NCBI RefSeq assembly: GCF_006345805.1
Contig: NC_042998.1
Coordinates: 170,190,001 to 170,254,000 of the forward strand
DNA from: Octopus sinensis
Lineage: Eukaryota
Direction of reading: 5' to 3'
Length of the DNA stretch: 64,000 bases
Of this stretch, positions 49,511 through 63,335 are shown in pieces. Below the pieces are notes generated by a model. That model did no database searches. It saw only the letters and a program-made list of their open reading frames with translations, and was not told where the DNA came from. Numbering within the stretch: the stretch's first letter is position 1; each line of letters begins with the position of its first letter. Both the position numbers and the translations under genes were made by a program.

Positions 49511-51802
49511 TATATGTATATTTATATATATATATATCACCTGTTGCTAATATATCGAAATTATATTTCACATTAAAGCAGTGATTACAAGTTAAATATA
49601 AAAGCTAATTTATTTTGACAAATTCTTTGCCCAATAATATGACCATGTGCATTTTCCTAACACTCATAATGAAGCAGTCAGAAATCTGAGTGGCAAAATC
49701 TTTTAAAATCACTTTTAATGGAACTTCAGTTGTTTCAAACTAAAGTATACTGTTCATTACACAGAACTAATTATCTTGCTAATATTCATTTTACATATAT
49801 ATATATATATATATGTATGTATGCAGTCCAGTTTGATAGATTATGCTGGAATATATGTAGAAACACATGCATATATGCATACACACACATATTTCTGTCT
49901 TGCAAGTTACTTGATGCCCTCACTACTGCTGGCTAGTGGCACAAAAAAAACATCCAGTACATACTGTAAAGAGGTTGGCATTAGAAAATGAATCCAGTTG
50001 TAGAAACCACACCAAAGCTGACATTGGAGTTTGATGCTACCCTACTGCTTGCAAGGTCCTGTTAAATTGTCCAACTCCTGCTAACAGGAAAAATGGACAT
50101 TAAATGATGAAGATGATTGTGCACACACACACACACACACACTCCAGTTTGATGATTTGTTTTTAATGCTTTTTTTTAACAAAGGTTTATCATGTGAAAT
50201 AATTAGTAATAAAATCAATCTCAAAATATTTCACATAATATCATTTTCTCTTTCCTCTTAACTATTGAAATTATAATAAAACTAAGTTTACATGTATGAA
50301 ATGTATTTAATAAAATTTAACTAAAGCTGCTTGCCACCTGTGTGATTGGGTTTAAACTAATTAGAATACTCAGATTGTATTCTTTACTCTCAAGCTGCAT
50401 ATCTTATAAACACCTCCACAAACATACTTTCTTTTCTTTGTTCCAAAGCAATTTATACTTCAGCTCATTAGCAAAATTACATTAAGAATTTTGGTATAAT
50501 TTGCAATTACAAAGGTAATTGAAGAAACCAATTTATCAAATGATATATGCAGGTGAATGTTTCTTTAAAGTTAGTTTGGTATTATAATGTTTTAGTCTGT
50601 TACATTGATATATATTACAATATGCTACTGCATTATATTTTTCAATGTCACAATTTATTTTCATTAGCCATTTGTTATTTTAAATATATAATCTTAATTA
50701 TGTTTTGTTTATTTAATTTGTATAACCAAACTTGTAGATTTTAATTACAGGTTGATTATTTCTCCAGAAAAGACATACCTAAGCTTAACTAGTATTCTAA
50801 TGCCATTTCTTTAATATAATTCTCTTGAATTGTCAAATAAACATTAGTTTCAGTTTGAAACTAAATATTAGATACCTACTAGATTAGGCACAAATGCTCA
50901 TTTGCTTCAGGTATGTCAAAAGTTTCATTACAACTTTTTTTTTTTTTCATGCATATAATTTGATATTTCAGTGAAAAAGTTTTATTAGGGTTTTTGGGTT
51001 TTTTTTTTTGTTTTCTCTTCTAGACATTTTACTAATGTAGTGGACCATACTGTTACTTGTTTAATTTTCAATAAAAAGTACACACAAAAAAAAATAATAA
51101 TAATTGAAGAAGCAAACATGTGTCTACATCAATTTAAGAAAATAACTCTGGTTATTTTGATCAGAGACTGCTACTTTTTATATAAAGCTTTCCAGGGGTG
51201 TAGATTGTAGGAAATATTCAAATATTGATATTGTGAGCAGGGGAAATATGCAAATGTTTTATTGCCATCTTTAGAATGTGTACAAGTTCCAGAGAAAATT
51301 CTCTATTTATTATGAACACTTTTGAAAGGATTCAAGTAATAATTTTGCTCTTAATTCCCATCTAGTAGCAAATGTAAATTAGATTTATTTTATTGTTAGT
51401 GTATTTGAATAGAATCATTCATATTCTGGAATAAGGTGTATTCTGTATGTCTTTGACACTGCTGTTCTTCAAAAGAAATTTAAGAAACCAACTTATAATC
51501 TCAGTATTTGCAGAATTTGGATTGACTAGAAGACATACTACTAATCCTCTTTAGGTAGACTAGATGTGTATGAATAGATAAATAAAACTTGAAATACAAG
51601 CCAGCAAAAGTTTTTATATGATCCTGCTAAAAACAACAGCCAAATTTCCATCAAATCATACACTACTGTGGTAAAGAGAGAATATTAGATAATGTAGTTC
51701 CAGTTATATTGTGCCTGATAAAAAAAAAAAAAACTGGCAGGGTGGAAAGGAGGATTACTGCTTGAATGCCTATTGATCGTAGATCTGCTTCATTAAAGTT
51801 AA

Positions 51803-52026
51803 CCCTTTTGTTACTGTATTTATTTTGAGATGCTCTGTGTTTCTTTCAAATTATTTTAGATATAACAGAGAATTTAATAAAATAACTTAGTTATCATTCA
51901 GCTAGTGTTAGGAACATAAATTGTGACTAAGGTTTGGTGGAAGATTTTAATTCAAAAGTTATGAAAACAAGATATTTGTACTCAGATCATCCAGAGCCGG
52001 TTTCAGCCGGGTTGGTAACAAAAGGG
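51803..52026 (+). mobile_element. piggyBac-like TTAA MITE
   Basis: TTAA|CCCTTTTGTTACTG...GTAACAAAAGGG|TTTA; same family as 31863-32081. Confidence 0.8.
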
Positions 52027-52331
52027 TTTAAGCTACAGCTTAAATAATAATGCTGAAATAACTGAATTTTTCAAATCCTTTGAGATTAAATCAAAACTTG
52101 TTGCTTTTAAAATGTAACAATGATGTATCATGAGTTTTAACCATTCTCTGCAGTTACCAAATCGGCTGTCCCCTCCCCCTCCCCCCTTAACCCTGTATCA
52201 TTCAGATTATTCATTCAAATGTAATGCCTATTTATTCACATTTTTGTTTTGAATTAATCATATATTATCTTGTAGCTTCAGGATTTTGATGAGCTGGTTG
52301 TTTATTTTTAGAAAGATATTGTAGGATAGGT

Positions 52332-52506
52332 CTACCGCTATGTTCTGAGTTCAAATTCCACCGAGGTCGACTTTGCCTTTCATCCTTTCGGGATCGATTA
52401 AATAAGTACCAGTTACACACTGGGGTCGATGTAATCGACTTAATCCATTTGTCTGTCCTTGTTTGTCCCCTCTGTGTTTAGCCCCTTGTGGGTAGTAAAG
52501 AAATAT
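52332..52506 (+). mobile_element. 5'-truncated SINE B with a 16-bp TSD, inserted in a TTAA-MITE copy
   Basis: atattgtaggataggt at 52316-52331 and 52507-52522. The body is the reverse complement of 8681-8860. Confidence 0.85.
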
Positions 52507-54962
52507 ATATTGTAGGATAGGTGTGATAGGCATATCTGGCTGGTTTGAACATAAAACAAAGTAAAATATCTGGGTCAGGTATGGCATGTTAAATGGTCGG
52601 ATACAGCAGACACACATATAGAAAATGAGAAAGTGGAAACTCTGTCTATTTTGCACATTCCATGTTAGAGAACTGAAATCAGATATTAAAATGGAGAGAA
52701 TTACTCAAAGACTCAATAAAACTTTTTCATCTTTTTGTTTTCCATTTTGTATCTGAATATCTCCATGGTTTACTTTTACTTAATTATGAAATTGTTTTGT
52801 TATAAATCACAACTAAAATAATGGTTATTTTCGTTGGTGGAAGAAACGTATTATCATCGTCATCATTAGATATTATATTTGAAATATTCTTTAAATTAGA
52901 GCATTTGTTGTGTTGTTAAGAAATAAAGTTTATTTTTACAATACACAGTTCCATTTTGTTGCTAAAACCTAAAATGTTATCAAAAAATTTCCTAAAAAAG
53001 CCAAGCAGTCTATAACATTTTAACTCAGGTTTCCAGTAATGTTTGACAAAGTAGGCAAACATTTTCTTGCTTTAATATTAAAGACAAATGTCTCAGGCAT
53101 GTCAAGTAACACCTAGCATGTTTATTGTTATTGTTCTCCTACATTAAACTCTGGTCAGAAATATTCCAGCTGGAACCATTTTGTCTTTTGTATATTTAAG
53201 ATGACATCATGCAGTGTACCTTTTTATTTCATCTGCTTTTGTGTTCTGAATTCAAATTCCACCCAGGTTAAGATTGCTTTTCATCCTTCTTTGCCACATA
53301 GTAAAATAAGTACTAATCAAGTGCTGGGGTTAATGTAATTGACTTTCCCTTCCCCTCAAAAACTGCTTGCTTTGTGCCAAAATTGAAACCATAATTATTA
53401 AGACAGTAGAATGCTATTTGAGGGAGATTTGGCTGATGTTCTTAGCAGGCCAAGCAACTGCATAGAGGTTCCTTCATTTGCTTGATATTTATTGTCTTAA
53501 CACTTTGGAGGCAAATTTTATTGATACTTCTCTACTGAAGAAGATGAATTCAATTTTACAAGATACAAAAGGAATGAAACTTACTATTTAAAACTAAAAA
53601 ATTTGAATATGCATAGAAAATTTATATTTCTTTTGCACAAAAATGACAAGCCAACATATCAGGCTCAGAATATTAATGTTAAAATAAGGTATGATATTGA
53701 CAAAAAAATAAAATATAGCTGTGTGGATTTCAATGAAAATTTGTCTTGCCCCAGCATGGCTGTGGTTGAATGACTGAAACAAGAAAAAAAAAATTAGAGA
53801 TAGTTTGGTGATCAATATCTGTTTAAAATTGATCAATTTTTGGAATACAGCTGAATTATTTTAGAATTGTTTACCAGCTTAATAATGGCAAAATTACCTT
53901 ACTAAATCCTTACTAAATTCTTTATTTTTAAAATTAATTGAAACAGCTGCTGTGTGATTCTGTAGAAATGTGGTAATGAAGGGAGTTAAAATCAGTGATG
54001 CAAGTGATGATACCCTCCACCAAAATGTGCCACTTCACACAAAGATGTCTTAACAACATTATAAGCAAAGCCAGTCCCCTCCACCCATATTTATTGACAA
54101 CAAACCACAGCATGCATAGATTAGCAGGGGGCACCATACAACTGCCCAATATGTCAATGCCTTTAGACAGCACTGGCCTTGTATCTACGTTAGAAGTCAT
54201 TATAAATAACACTGGTTTCAAATTTTGACACAAGGCCAGCAATTTCAAGGGAGAGGATAAGTCGATTACATTGACATCAGTGCTCAACTGGTACTTCTTT
54301 TACTAACCCCAAAAGGATAAAAGGTAAAGTTGACCCCAGTAGAACTTGAACTCAGAACTATGCATTTTTCACAGTGTGCAAACGACTCTGCCAACTTGCT
54401 GCCTTATCATTATTAAGGTGATGCCATGGCTGAATCATTAGAATATAGGACAAAAATCATTTAATGTCCATGTTCGATACTGGCATGGGTTGGACAGTTT
54501 GACAAGATCCATTGTGCCTCTGTGTCTGGCATGGTTTCTGCAGCTAGATGCCCTTCTTAATGCCAACCACTTTACAATGTGTACTGGATGCATTTTTTCA
54601 TGCCACCAGCACTAGTAAGGTCATAAGACTACAAAACTCAAAGCAGAGCAGGTTCTTAATTGCGGAGAGGCTACACAACTGTTCATTTTCAGAGGAGAAA
54701 GTGAGAATGAATCAGTTGCAGCTGTAAAGAGATTAATGGCGATGAGGTGTTGAGGCAGTATCTCACAGTACAAGACGAGAAGTGAATGGGGATAGAGGAA
54801 GTGTGAGTGAGTGACAAGAGTATGTGGAGAGGGAAGTAGGCAACGTCTGTAAGGATTAGATACGGTTGTGTATAGACATATGTATATGTGAAAGTGAATA
54901 TGAGAAGTTGAGGATGATAGCTGTTAGGAAGGGTATTAAACCCGAAGTATGACAGACTAAGA

Positions 54963-56118
54963 CAGGGGTTCTCAACCATTTTTACACTGTGTGGGTAAGC
55001 AAAAGCAGGGTACTGTAATCGTCTTCGTGTGTTTGCAAATTACTGGAAAACAGCTGAACGGATTTTCACCACATTTGGCAGAAATACTCATTGGGTGAGT
55101 GGCTCGAAATGATGAACATTTGGTTTGATTATTTTTTAAAAATAAAAAAAAAATCTATTTTTAATTGAACTTAACAAGTTTCCTAATAAGCAAATGGTCA
55201 TATTATTTTGTTCACTTTTCTTTTTCATATGAATCAACCCTTGTCTGTGTGTTTATAGATCATGGTGAACCTATGCGTGTAGACATGTATGCATTCATAC
55301 ATATATAGATATGCAACTGTGTGTGTGTACAGTGATGGATTCAAGGGTTTTGTCTATTTATGACTTGATTTCTTAATTTAACCGGAATATAAATACTTAT
55401 AATGGTGATACTTCAAAAAACAATTTTTATCGAACTTTCAAATTTCCTGATTAGCAAGTGGTTATATTATTTTGTTTTCTTTCTTTTTCATATGAAGTGA
55501 CACTTGTCTGCGAGTATATAGATCATGGTGTACCTACGCTTATAGATACATGGGTACATACATAGATTTGCAACTGTGTGTGTGTACACTGATAGATTCA
55601 AGGGTTTCATTTATTTTACTAGTTGATTTCTTAATTTCACTAGAGTATAAATACCTATAATGGTGATACTTAAAAGAAAAATTTTTTTAATCAATTCAGT
55701 TCAATTAAAAAGCATGGGTAAGCAACGCATTGTAAGCCACACTATAATTTGTGAAAAAAATTATCTGCGCAAGGAATGTATCACCTCCTAGATGCCTTTT
55801 CTTTTTCATTTACCATTGGATTCCCTTTGATTACTATTTTATCCTGGTGGAACTCCCACCCCAATAGCCATCCGATTTTAAAAACTAGTTTTTTAGAAAC
55901 TTCTTTCAAAATTCTTATTTTATTTTTCACACATTTACTTGTGTAGGCTGAACCATATAAAATGTTAAAGAAAAAAAACCTAGCTGTTTTTTTGCAATAC
56001 ATACAGCTAAAGCAAAATGTTTTCACGGGCCCTTGTAATACTATTGTGGATCCCCAGTTTACTGTTTTGTAGTGTGGACCCTCAAAAATCTTATATGGAC
56101 CCTGGTTGAGAACCACTG
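54963..56118 (+). mobile_element. hAT-type MITE with a nested Helentron/HINE-like element (~54984-55791)
   Basis: TIRs CAGGGGTTCTCAACCA and TGGTTGAGAACCACTG, with a degenerate 8-bp TSD (gactaaga / ggctaagg). The insert has the core ttactggaaaacagctgaacggattttcaccacatttggc and ends in CTAG. Confidence 0.7.
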
Positions 56119-59100
56119 GGCTAAGGTGTAGCTCAGAAGGAAAAGAGAGATTAATGAAAATACAGAAAGGGTGTGATCAATGGTCTCTCACTTTACATTC
56201 TGATTTCAAATCCTGCTGAGATTAACTTTGATTTTCATTTTTTCTGAGTGGTTAAAATAAAGTACCAGTCAAGTACTAGAGTCTGTTTAATCAACTATGT
56301 ATGTCCCACCAAATTTATGGCCTTGTACTTATGTTAAAAATGATTAACATTGTTACATCATTGAAGACCGAGCCTTTGATTTTATCTGTTGCACATTCCA
56401 GACAATAACAATTAGTAAACTGATTTGCGTAAGAAGTTATTTAAAATGAGGATATAAAATGGGTCACTTAGTTTAATGGTGTAGGTTCACTTCTTTGTAG
56501 AGGCTTGCTTTTTAGATAAGGCAGTGAGCTGGCAGAATCATTAACACACTGGGCAGACTGCTTGGTGGCATTTCATCTATTTTTATGTTCTGAGTTCAAA
56601 TTTCACCGAGGTTGACTTTGCCTTTCATCCTTTTGGGGGTCAATAAAATAAGTACCAGTAGAACACTGGGGTGAAGGTAATGTGTCTCCTACCCTGAAAT
56701 TGTTGACCTTGTGCCAAAATTTGAAACCAATGTCAAAATGTAAAGAGAAAGCTGTTGACTACCTCAGCTAGTCAATAATTTCCCTTTAGAATTAAAACTC
56801 TCAAAATTATTTCTTAAAATTATCCTCCATTTGTATCTCAATTATCCATCCTTGACTATCCATTCATTCATTCATTCTTATTGACATCCAGCTTGTAACT
56901 GTCACTCTTTTATTTCTCCCTCCCCAACCATCTTTTAACCCCTCTCTCTGTTTCTCCCCATCACACTCATAATCTCTCACTCTTTAGTCTTGCTGAGAGC
57001 ATGACAACCTCTCTAGTACTGGTGCCATGCTAAAGTGCACCCATTACACTCTAAAGTGGTTGACAAATGAACAGAAACAACATGGAATAGGGTGCCTCTT
57101 TAGTCTTTCTGAGAATACAGCAACAGCTCTCATGTCAAACATGACAAAATGCACCCAGTACAATCTGAATTATGGTTATCATTTGGAAGGGCATCCAGCC
57201 ATAGAAACCATGCCAAAAACTGAATATACGAGTGAGACATGTTCTCCCAACCTGTCTAGGATAATAACTATAAGTAAGAATTTAGTCCTTGGCAATCTAT
57301 CCACTCCAAATCAACACAAGTCAGATGTGGTGGTAGTTTCTTCTTCAGCATATAACAAAAGTTTTATCAATTGAAAATTCTAATTAAAAGTTCTTCAGAT
57401 GCCTCACAAATTTCTTATAAAAAGGAAAAGACCATGCCATTCTCTTGTAACTCCCTTTTTTTCTTTATTTTCTTTTTGTATCCATGCCTGGTGTGATTTA
57501 CATTTGAATGAAGTTGTTGCACAAGAATATAGTTAATTTGGAAAATAGAAGTAACAACAAAGTTTATGTAAATAACATTGCATAGCAAATTCCTTTCCCT
57601 GAATATTTTTCAAAATAATTTAACAAAAACAAGTTAACAATATTATCTATTTACTTACAGTTTGCCATTTATCAAAAAAATATATTTATAAATATTTTAT
57701 TTTAACAGTATATGTGTATGTGTGTGTTTAAAAAATACTACAGAAGCATGTAATATAGATTTTTATTTTTTTGTAGACAGTAAACTTGTCTTTTGAAGCA
57801 GAAAACATACAAAACCTTCATAATTCTCAAAATGCTAAGGCTTCCAATAAAATAAAATTTTGGTTTAGTTGATGTTTATTCTTAAGGTTAGCCATGATTG
57901 GGTGAACTTACATACAAAGAGTTGCATGAATGAATGGAGCCAACAGGAGACATGAGGTGGTGATACAAGGCTTAACCAAAGCAAACAAGATCAAAGGAAT
58001 TGCAACTGGGAACACCTTTCCTTTCATTTCATCTTGGAAAACATCCAATGTGTCCTTTTTTGAATCAGTAGAATGTGATTCAAGGGAATTTAGTCATTGT
58101 TTCTAGCAAGACAAGCAACAATGTAGTTTCCTTTATTGGTTTGGTTTCACTTAAATGAATTTTTTTTTTTTATCTTGAGCCCTAGGTATCTATGGCATCT
58201 AAGTGACCAAAATCACAACATTCCCACTGAGTGGAATGCCAGTTCATTGCAGCATTTTAAGCCAGTGATTTTTCAGGGAGGAAATAAGTTGATTACATTG
58301 ACATAGTACTTGATTGGTACTTATTTTAATAACCCTGAAAGGATGAAGGACAAAGGTTGACCTTAGTAGGATTTGAACTCAGAATGTAAAGAGCTAGAAC
58401 AAATATTGCTAAATGTTTTATCTAATGTGCTAATGATTCTAACAACTCGCCTCCTTAAATGAATATTACAAAACAATGTTATATCCAAACTATTTCTTAG
58501 ATTATTGTTTCAGCAATTATGTATGGACAGTTTTAAAATTATTATTTAGTGTTATCATGGAAAGAATGTGTATAGAATGCAACATGAGTATTGTACATCA
58601 TCATTAGCTTCTCTAGGTGTCAAGAGACTGATTCCATTGATTTATCTATAGGTTCTGGGATAACCATCTAAACTCATTTTTGGCCTCAAAGAACACTGAT
58701 AAGGATATGGGAATTGAAGCACATCTGGGTCTAAGGTTCCTTACCTTCTGTTTACCTCTTCCTGTCAACTCCCATATTCAGTCAGCTGCTTCTTTCCAGT
58801 TACTTTCTAAGAATTCATGTCCAATATGTCATTTTTTCTGTCAAACTAGATGATCCAGAGCATCAACAATCTGCAACAAAGCATCAATATTAAAGTTTTT
58901 GAGCATTCATTTAATTTGTTTTTTGTATCACTTCTGCTGGGTGAGTTCACTTTTCCAATTCCCTATACATAAACATCTCTGGCTGTTAATGATGCAATGT
59001 TGTTTAGATAGGCCAATCCATTGCAGCTGGTGATGTAATGCATCATCATCATCATCGTTTAACGTCCACTTTCCATGCTAGCATGGGTTGGATGACTGAC

Positions 59101-59699
59101 TGAGGCCTGGCGAACCAGATGGCTGCACCAGGCTTCAATCTTGATCTTGTGAGCCCAGAAGAAACTTCTAAGTAAATGTAAATAGTCACTTGACTGGCTC
59201 TAGTCTGTTAGATTTTTTTTTTTTCACTTTGTTAACCCTACCATCTTGATTTCATGATAAGCTGTCTTTGACTTTACAATTCTTAACATCTTAATCTGTG
59301 TTCTGCTAAGCTTCATTATTCAAATAACACAGTACAGTCTTTCCTGAAGATCTACAATTTACTTCAAGCATATTTTGAACATTTAGGTTGAGAAACCTAT
59401 ATCCAAAACATAAGATCCTGATAGATTCTCTGCCTTGGACAGAAATACTTCCTTTTCACTTTCAAGTTCACAAACATCATGTTAAGTTAATCATTTTTGT
59501 AATCCAGGAAGTAACCACAATAAGAATGGTACTGTGTCAGAAGAAATTTTAAATTGAACTCCTTGGGCACATGCTGCATTTAAAAAGATATAAACGAGTC
59601 TTCTGTTGAGACAGGATCTTGATGCTATGCAAAGAAGTTATTCTGGTGTGATGTCTGGATGATTTATTGAATAGGAATATGAAGGTTGGAATGTTTTTA

Positions 59700-59850
59700 T
59701 TGACCATGTTATGAATAATGAAATTCTTGAACTGCCTGAGCGAGGTCGTTGCCAGTACTGCCTGAAGAAGGCTGGAGAGTATATCAGTCAAAACGTTGTG
59801 TTAACAACAAACAAGATGAGGACAAATGTCTGTCGGATGTAAATTATTTA
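59700..59850 (+). mobile_element. Penelope-like terminal-repeat remnant
   Basis: Motif cctgaagaaggctggagagtatatcagtcaaaacgttg resembles the CTGAAGAAGG...GAAACG signature of Penelope-like ends. Confidence 0.4.
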
Positions 59851-60289
59851 AATAATGTATCATTATCATCATCATCATCATTATTATTATTTTTTAACAA
59901 TCTCGCAAATTCTTTGTATTATTTCTTAAATTATCTAGAGAAGGAGAATCCAATCAATAACAAGCAAAGTAATGGATAATTCATGGTTTGGGCTATTTTG
60001 AATAACATCCCCTTTCACTCTAGTATCTCTGATTAGGTTAAATCCGATCTAGTTCAACATAGACACCAAGCCTTTTGACAGCTTTTCTACTGATTCTATC
60101 ATATATATGAAGATATTTACCAGTGTATGTGAGTAAAAACTTTTAAGAACATCTGCAAGATAGTGGAACTTATTTGTCAGTTTAATCTTTGTATTCATTG
60201 ATATCTTTATGATGGACATTTTTCGTTAAATATGTGCTTGTTTTTCAGCTTTACTGGCAACGTCTTTCTTGATATCAAATGTAGCAATG

Positions 60290-60720
60290 CCAGCCAAGAA
60301 ATAAAAGCTATAATATAATAATGAAATTATTGGATACAGTGCTTAGGTGCACCACAACTTGTCAAAAGTGCGCATAAAGCATATGCAGTAATGTACAAAT
60401 GTCTGGGAAGTGAACAGTGTATGAGTCAGATACATGCTTGCGTGTGTATGGAGAGGAGAAAATCAGGTGTAGTGTTGGTGAATCTCAGGAAGCATGGAAG
60501 TTTTGAAGGATGCAGTGCTCCGAAAACTAACAACTGATGCTGGCAGTTTGTTCCATGCTTCAGCAACTCTTAGCGTGAAAAAATGTTTCCAAAAGTCATG
60601 GGAGCTGTGCTGTTTTCTGACTTTCTAAACATGTCCACGGGTGTTAGACAGGTGGAGTTTGAAAAGGTGCTCAGAGTTATTGTTAGTAAGATGGTTAGTA
60701 AGTATGAATGCTAGTAGGTG
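60290..60720 (-). mobile_element. CR1 LINE 3' end
   Basis: Minus strand reads SNTRGHV*KVRKQHSSHDFWKHFFTLRVAEAWNKLPASVVSFRSTASFK, the typical CR1 C-terminus (TRGH...FF..RV...WN.LP...FK). Confidence 0.8.
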
Positions 60721-60721
60721 T

Positions 60722-60950
60722 AGTCATCATCATCATCATCATTTAGCATCCGTTTTCCATGCTGGCATAGGTAAGACGGAGATCTGCACCAGACTTCAAT
60801 CTGTTTCTGCTTGGTTTCTATGGTTGATGCCCTTCCTAATGTCAACCATTCTATAGAATGTACTGAATGTCTTTTACATGTCTGTCACTGGCATGGGTGC
60901 CTTTTATGTGTCACCGGCACAGGTGCCTTTTACATGTCACTAGCATGGGT
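60722..60950 (-). mobile_element. RTE 3'-end repeat (family A)
   Basis: (CAT)n plus tttagcatccgttttccatgctggcatagg...gatgcccttcctaatgtcaacc. Further copies at about 3400-3600, 4870-5220, 9130-9400, 12350-12457, 49900-50115, 54460-54620, 57010-57230 and 59040-59150. Confidence 0.75.
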
Positions 60951-62699
60951 ACTTAGTGTTTTCATATGTACATCTGAGTGTGATTGAGAGAAAGAGAGAA
61001 AGAAAGAGAGAGAAAAACAAAATGTGTGTGAATCAGTTATTATACGTAAGTGAGACCATTAATTGAAACATAATGATGCTTTGCAGTATTTCTTCCAGAT
61101 CTTCATATTCTGATTTCAAATTCCACCGAGATCAGCTTTGTTAAGGTGGCAAGCTGGCAAAATCATTACCCCATCAGACCAAATAAGTTCCAAGTTCCAA
61201 GTTCAAATTCCACCGAGGTTGACTTTGCCTTTCATTCTTTCAGAGTCAATAGAGTAAGTACCGGCTGAGCACTGGGATTCATATAATCACCTAGCCTCCT
61301 TCCCCCACATTTCAGGATTGTGCCTATAGAAGAAAGGATTCAGCCCATGCCAGGATGGAAAACAGATGTTAAATGTCAATGATGATGATGATGACAAGCT
61401 GGCAGATTCGTTAGCATGCTGGACAAAACGCTTTGTGACATTCCATCCAGTTCTTTATGTTCTAAGTTCAAATTTCACTAAGGTCAATTTTGTCTTTCTT
61501 CCTTCCTGGTTCAATGAAATAAGTACCAGACAAGCTTTAGATCAATGGCCTTGTGCCTATAGTAGAAATACATTATTATTATTAGACAAAATGAAGTAGA
61601 ATTTCAACAGATTTAGGAAGAATCCATGAAACTAAAACGTTAGTCTCACCTCACCTAAGGCCTTTAATCCAGTGTAATAATTTTCTCCCCATATATACTG
61701 TATTTAGGACTGCATTATGTAATGATATCCCTTATTTGAGTTGTTTAGGGTGTGATAGGAGGGAGATTTAGCTGCTATATCACACAGTTCAAATGTAGAG
61801 GATTCCTCAGTGTCTCCTTAGTAAAAATGTATTTTTATTTGATAGGGTAAATGACAAAGCAATTACATTATGCAATAATGCAATTACACTATGCAATAAT
61901 TGACACTATGTAATTGAAACACTGGAATTTTTTTAAAATCCAGCTAAATACATTGAAAAGTTATTAAGCAATTCAATTCAAGTCACAACTGTAGTGCCAT
62001 TAAGCATAACAAGTTATTTAATTACCCTGTGCTTGATAATTAAACATTTTACCAGGTAACAAACTTCCAGATTTTCCAACTATTAACATATTTCAAAGCA
62101 TCTGAATCAACATGGAACAGTGGGCGGTGAACCAGGGTAAAGTGTGGTAAAAATGAAATTCTTGGTGGTAATGAGGACTCATTAGACATCAGTAAAATTC
62201 TATTAAAAACATGTTCCTTGTTATGACAGAATTTTTTTTTTTTTTTGGTAACACTGCATCTGTCCAATGTAATGAACATGTAAATAGATTCATATAAATA
62301 GATTCAATAAAATAGATTCAACAAACCTTTTGAATCCAAAAAATCTATGAGTTTCTTCCTTTCAAATCAAGGGGGTAACGTTGGCATAAATAAATATATT
62401 TTGAGGTAATTGGTTTAAGAAGTTCAAAGGATTAGCAGCTGTTCAATACACATTTGTTAATTAAAGGAAGTTTCCATTCCTATCTAGTTGACTCTGATGA
62501 TGATGAGTATGGAAACCACCATTGTCAGTGTTTATATTCATAACAACAGTAGAGAAGGACATTTTTTTTACTTCATTTTTTTTTGCTTAGACCATTATAA
62601 CTTTGACCATTTTGTAACTGATGATGTTATTTTTGTTAGAAAATTACTATTTTTAAATTTCACAACGAGAGATATTCAGCAACAGTACTTTGTAGTAAA

Positions 62700-63087
62700 G
62701 ATTGTTTGCCAACATAACATGGCAGTCCTGGTTTAGGACTAATGTTGCTGTAATTCAGCCCCAGGAGACATCGTCTCCAGCTGGCTGTACGACACGATCT
62801 GTGTCCTTATATATTTTTTCCTTTTCATTCAAACAAGGGAATCTAGCACCCCCACTCTGCTTAAGACAATATCTATGTATTGTGAAGTTATAATAGTCTA
62901 AGCAAAAAAAATTGCAATACACAGATATTGTTTTGAGCTGAGTGGGGGTGCTAGATTCCCTTGTTCGAAAAAAAATATAAGGACACAGACTGTGTCATAT
63001 AGCCAGCTGGAGACGATGTCTCCTGGGGCTAAATTGCAGCAACATTTGTCCTTAACCAGGACTGCCATGTTATGTTGGCAAACAATC
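62700..63087. repeat. Long inverted repeat / fold-back element (arms about 180 bp, loop about 26 nt)
   Basis: 62700-62885 is the near reverse complement of 62912-63087 (gattgtttgccaacataacatggcagtcctgg... / ...ccaggactgccatgttatgttggcaaacaatc). Confidence 0.9.
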
Positions 63088-63277
63088 ATTATTTTTGTTG
63101 TTTTAAAATTATTTTCTAGCATGCTAGGAATTGAAAAAGTGAAACATCTCGGTAAACCCATTTCACATTTGTTTATGTCATTTTGTGTTTTTGTCAAAGT
63201 AATTTATTGCACCCTATTTATCTTCAACAGTTTTTGTCAAACATTCTTGAATTCATAAATCAAATGGCAAGTTTTAC

Positions 63278-63335
<58 letters not shown>

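Noticed and set aside
50430-50971. Series of plus-strand GT/AG signals suggesting a spliced transcript
   Set aside because: No open frame across the putative exons; such signals are common in AT-rich DNA.
57900-58090. About 60-codon open frames on both strands with a minus-strand GTAAGT donor (similarly ORF 62049..62279)
   Set aside because: No recognisable homology and no consistent acceptor/phase chain.
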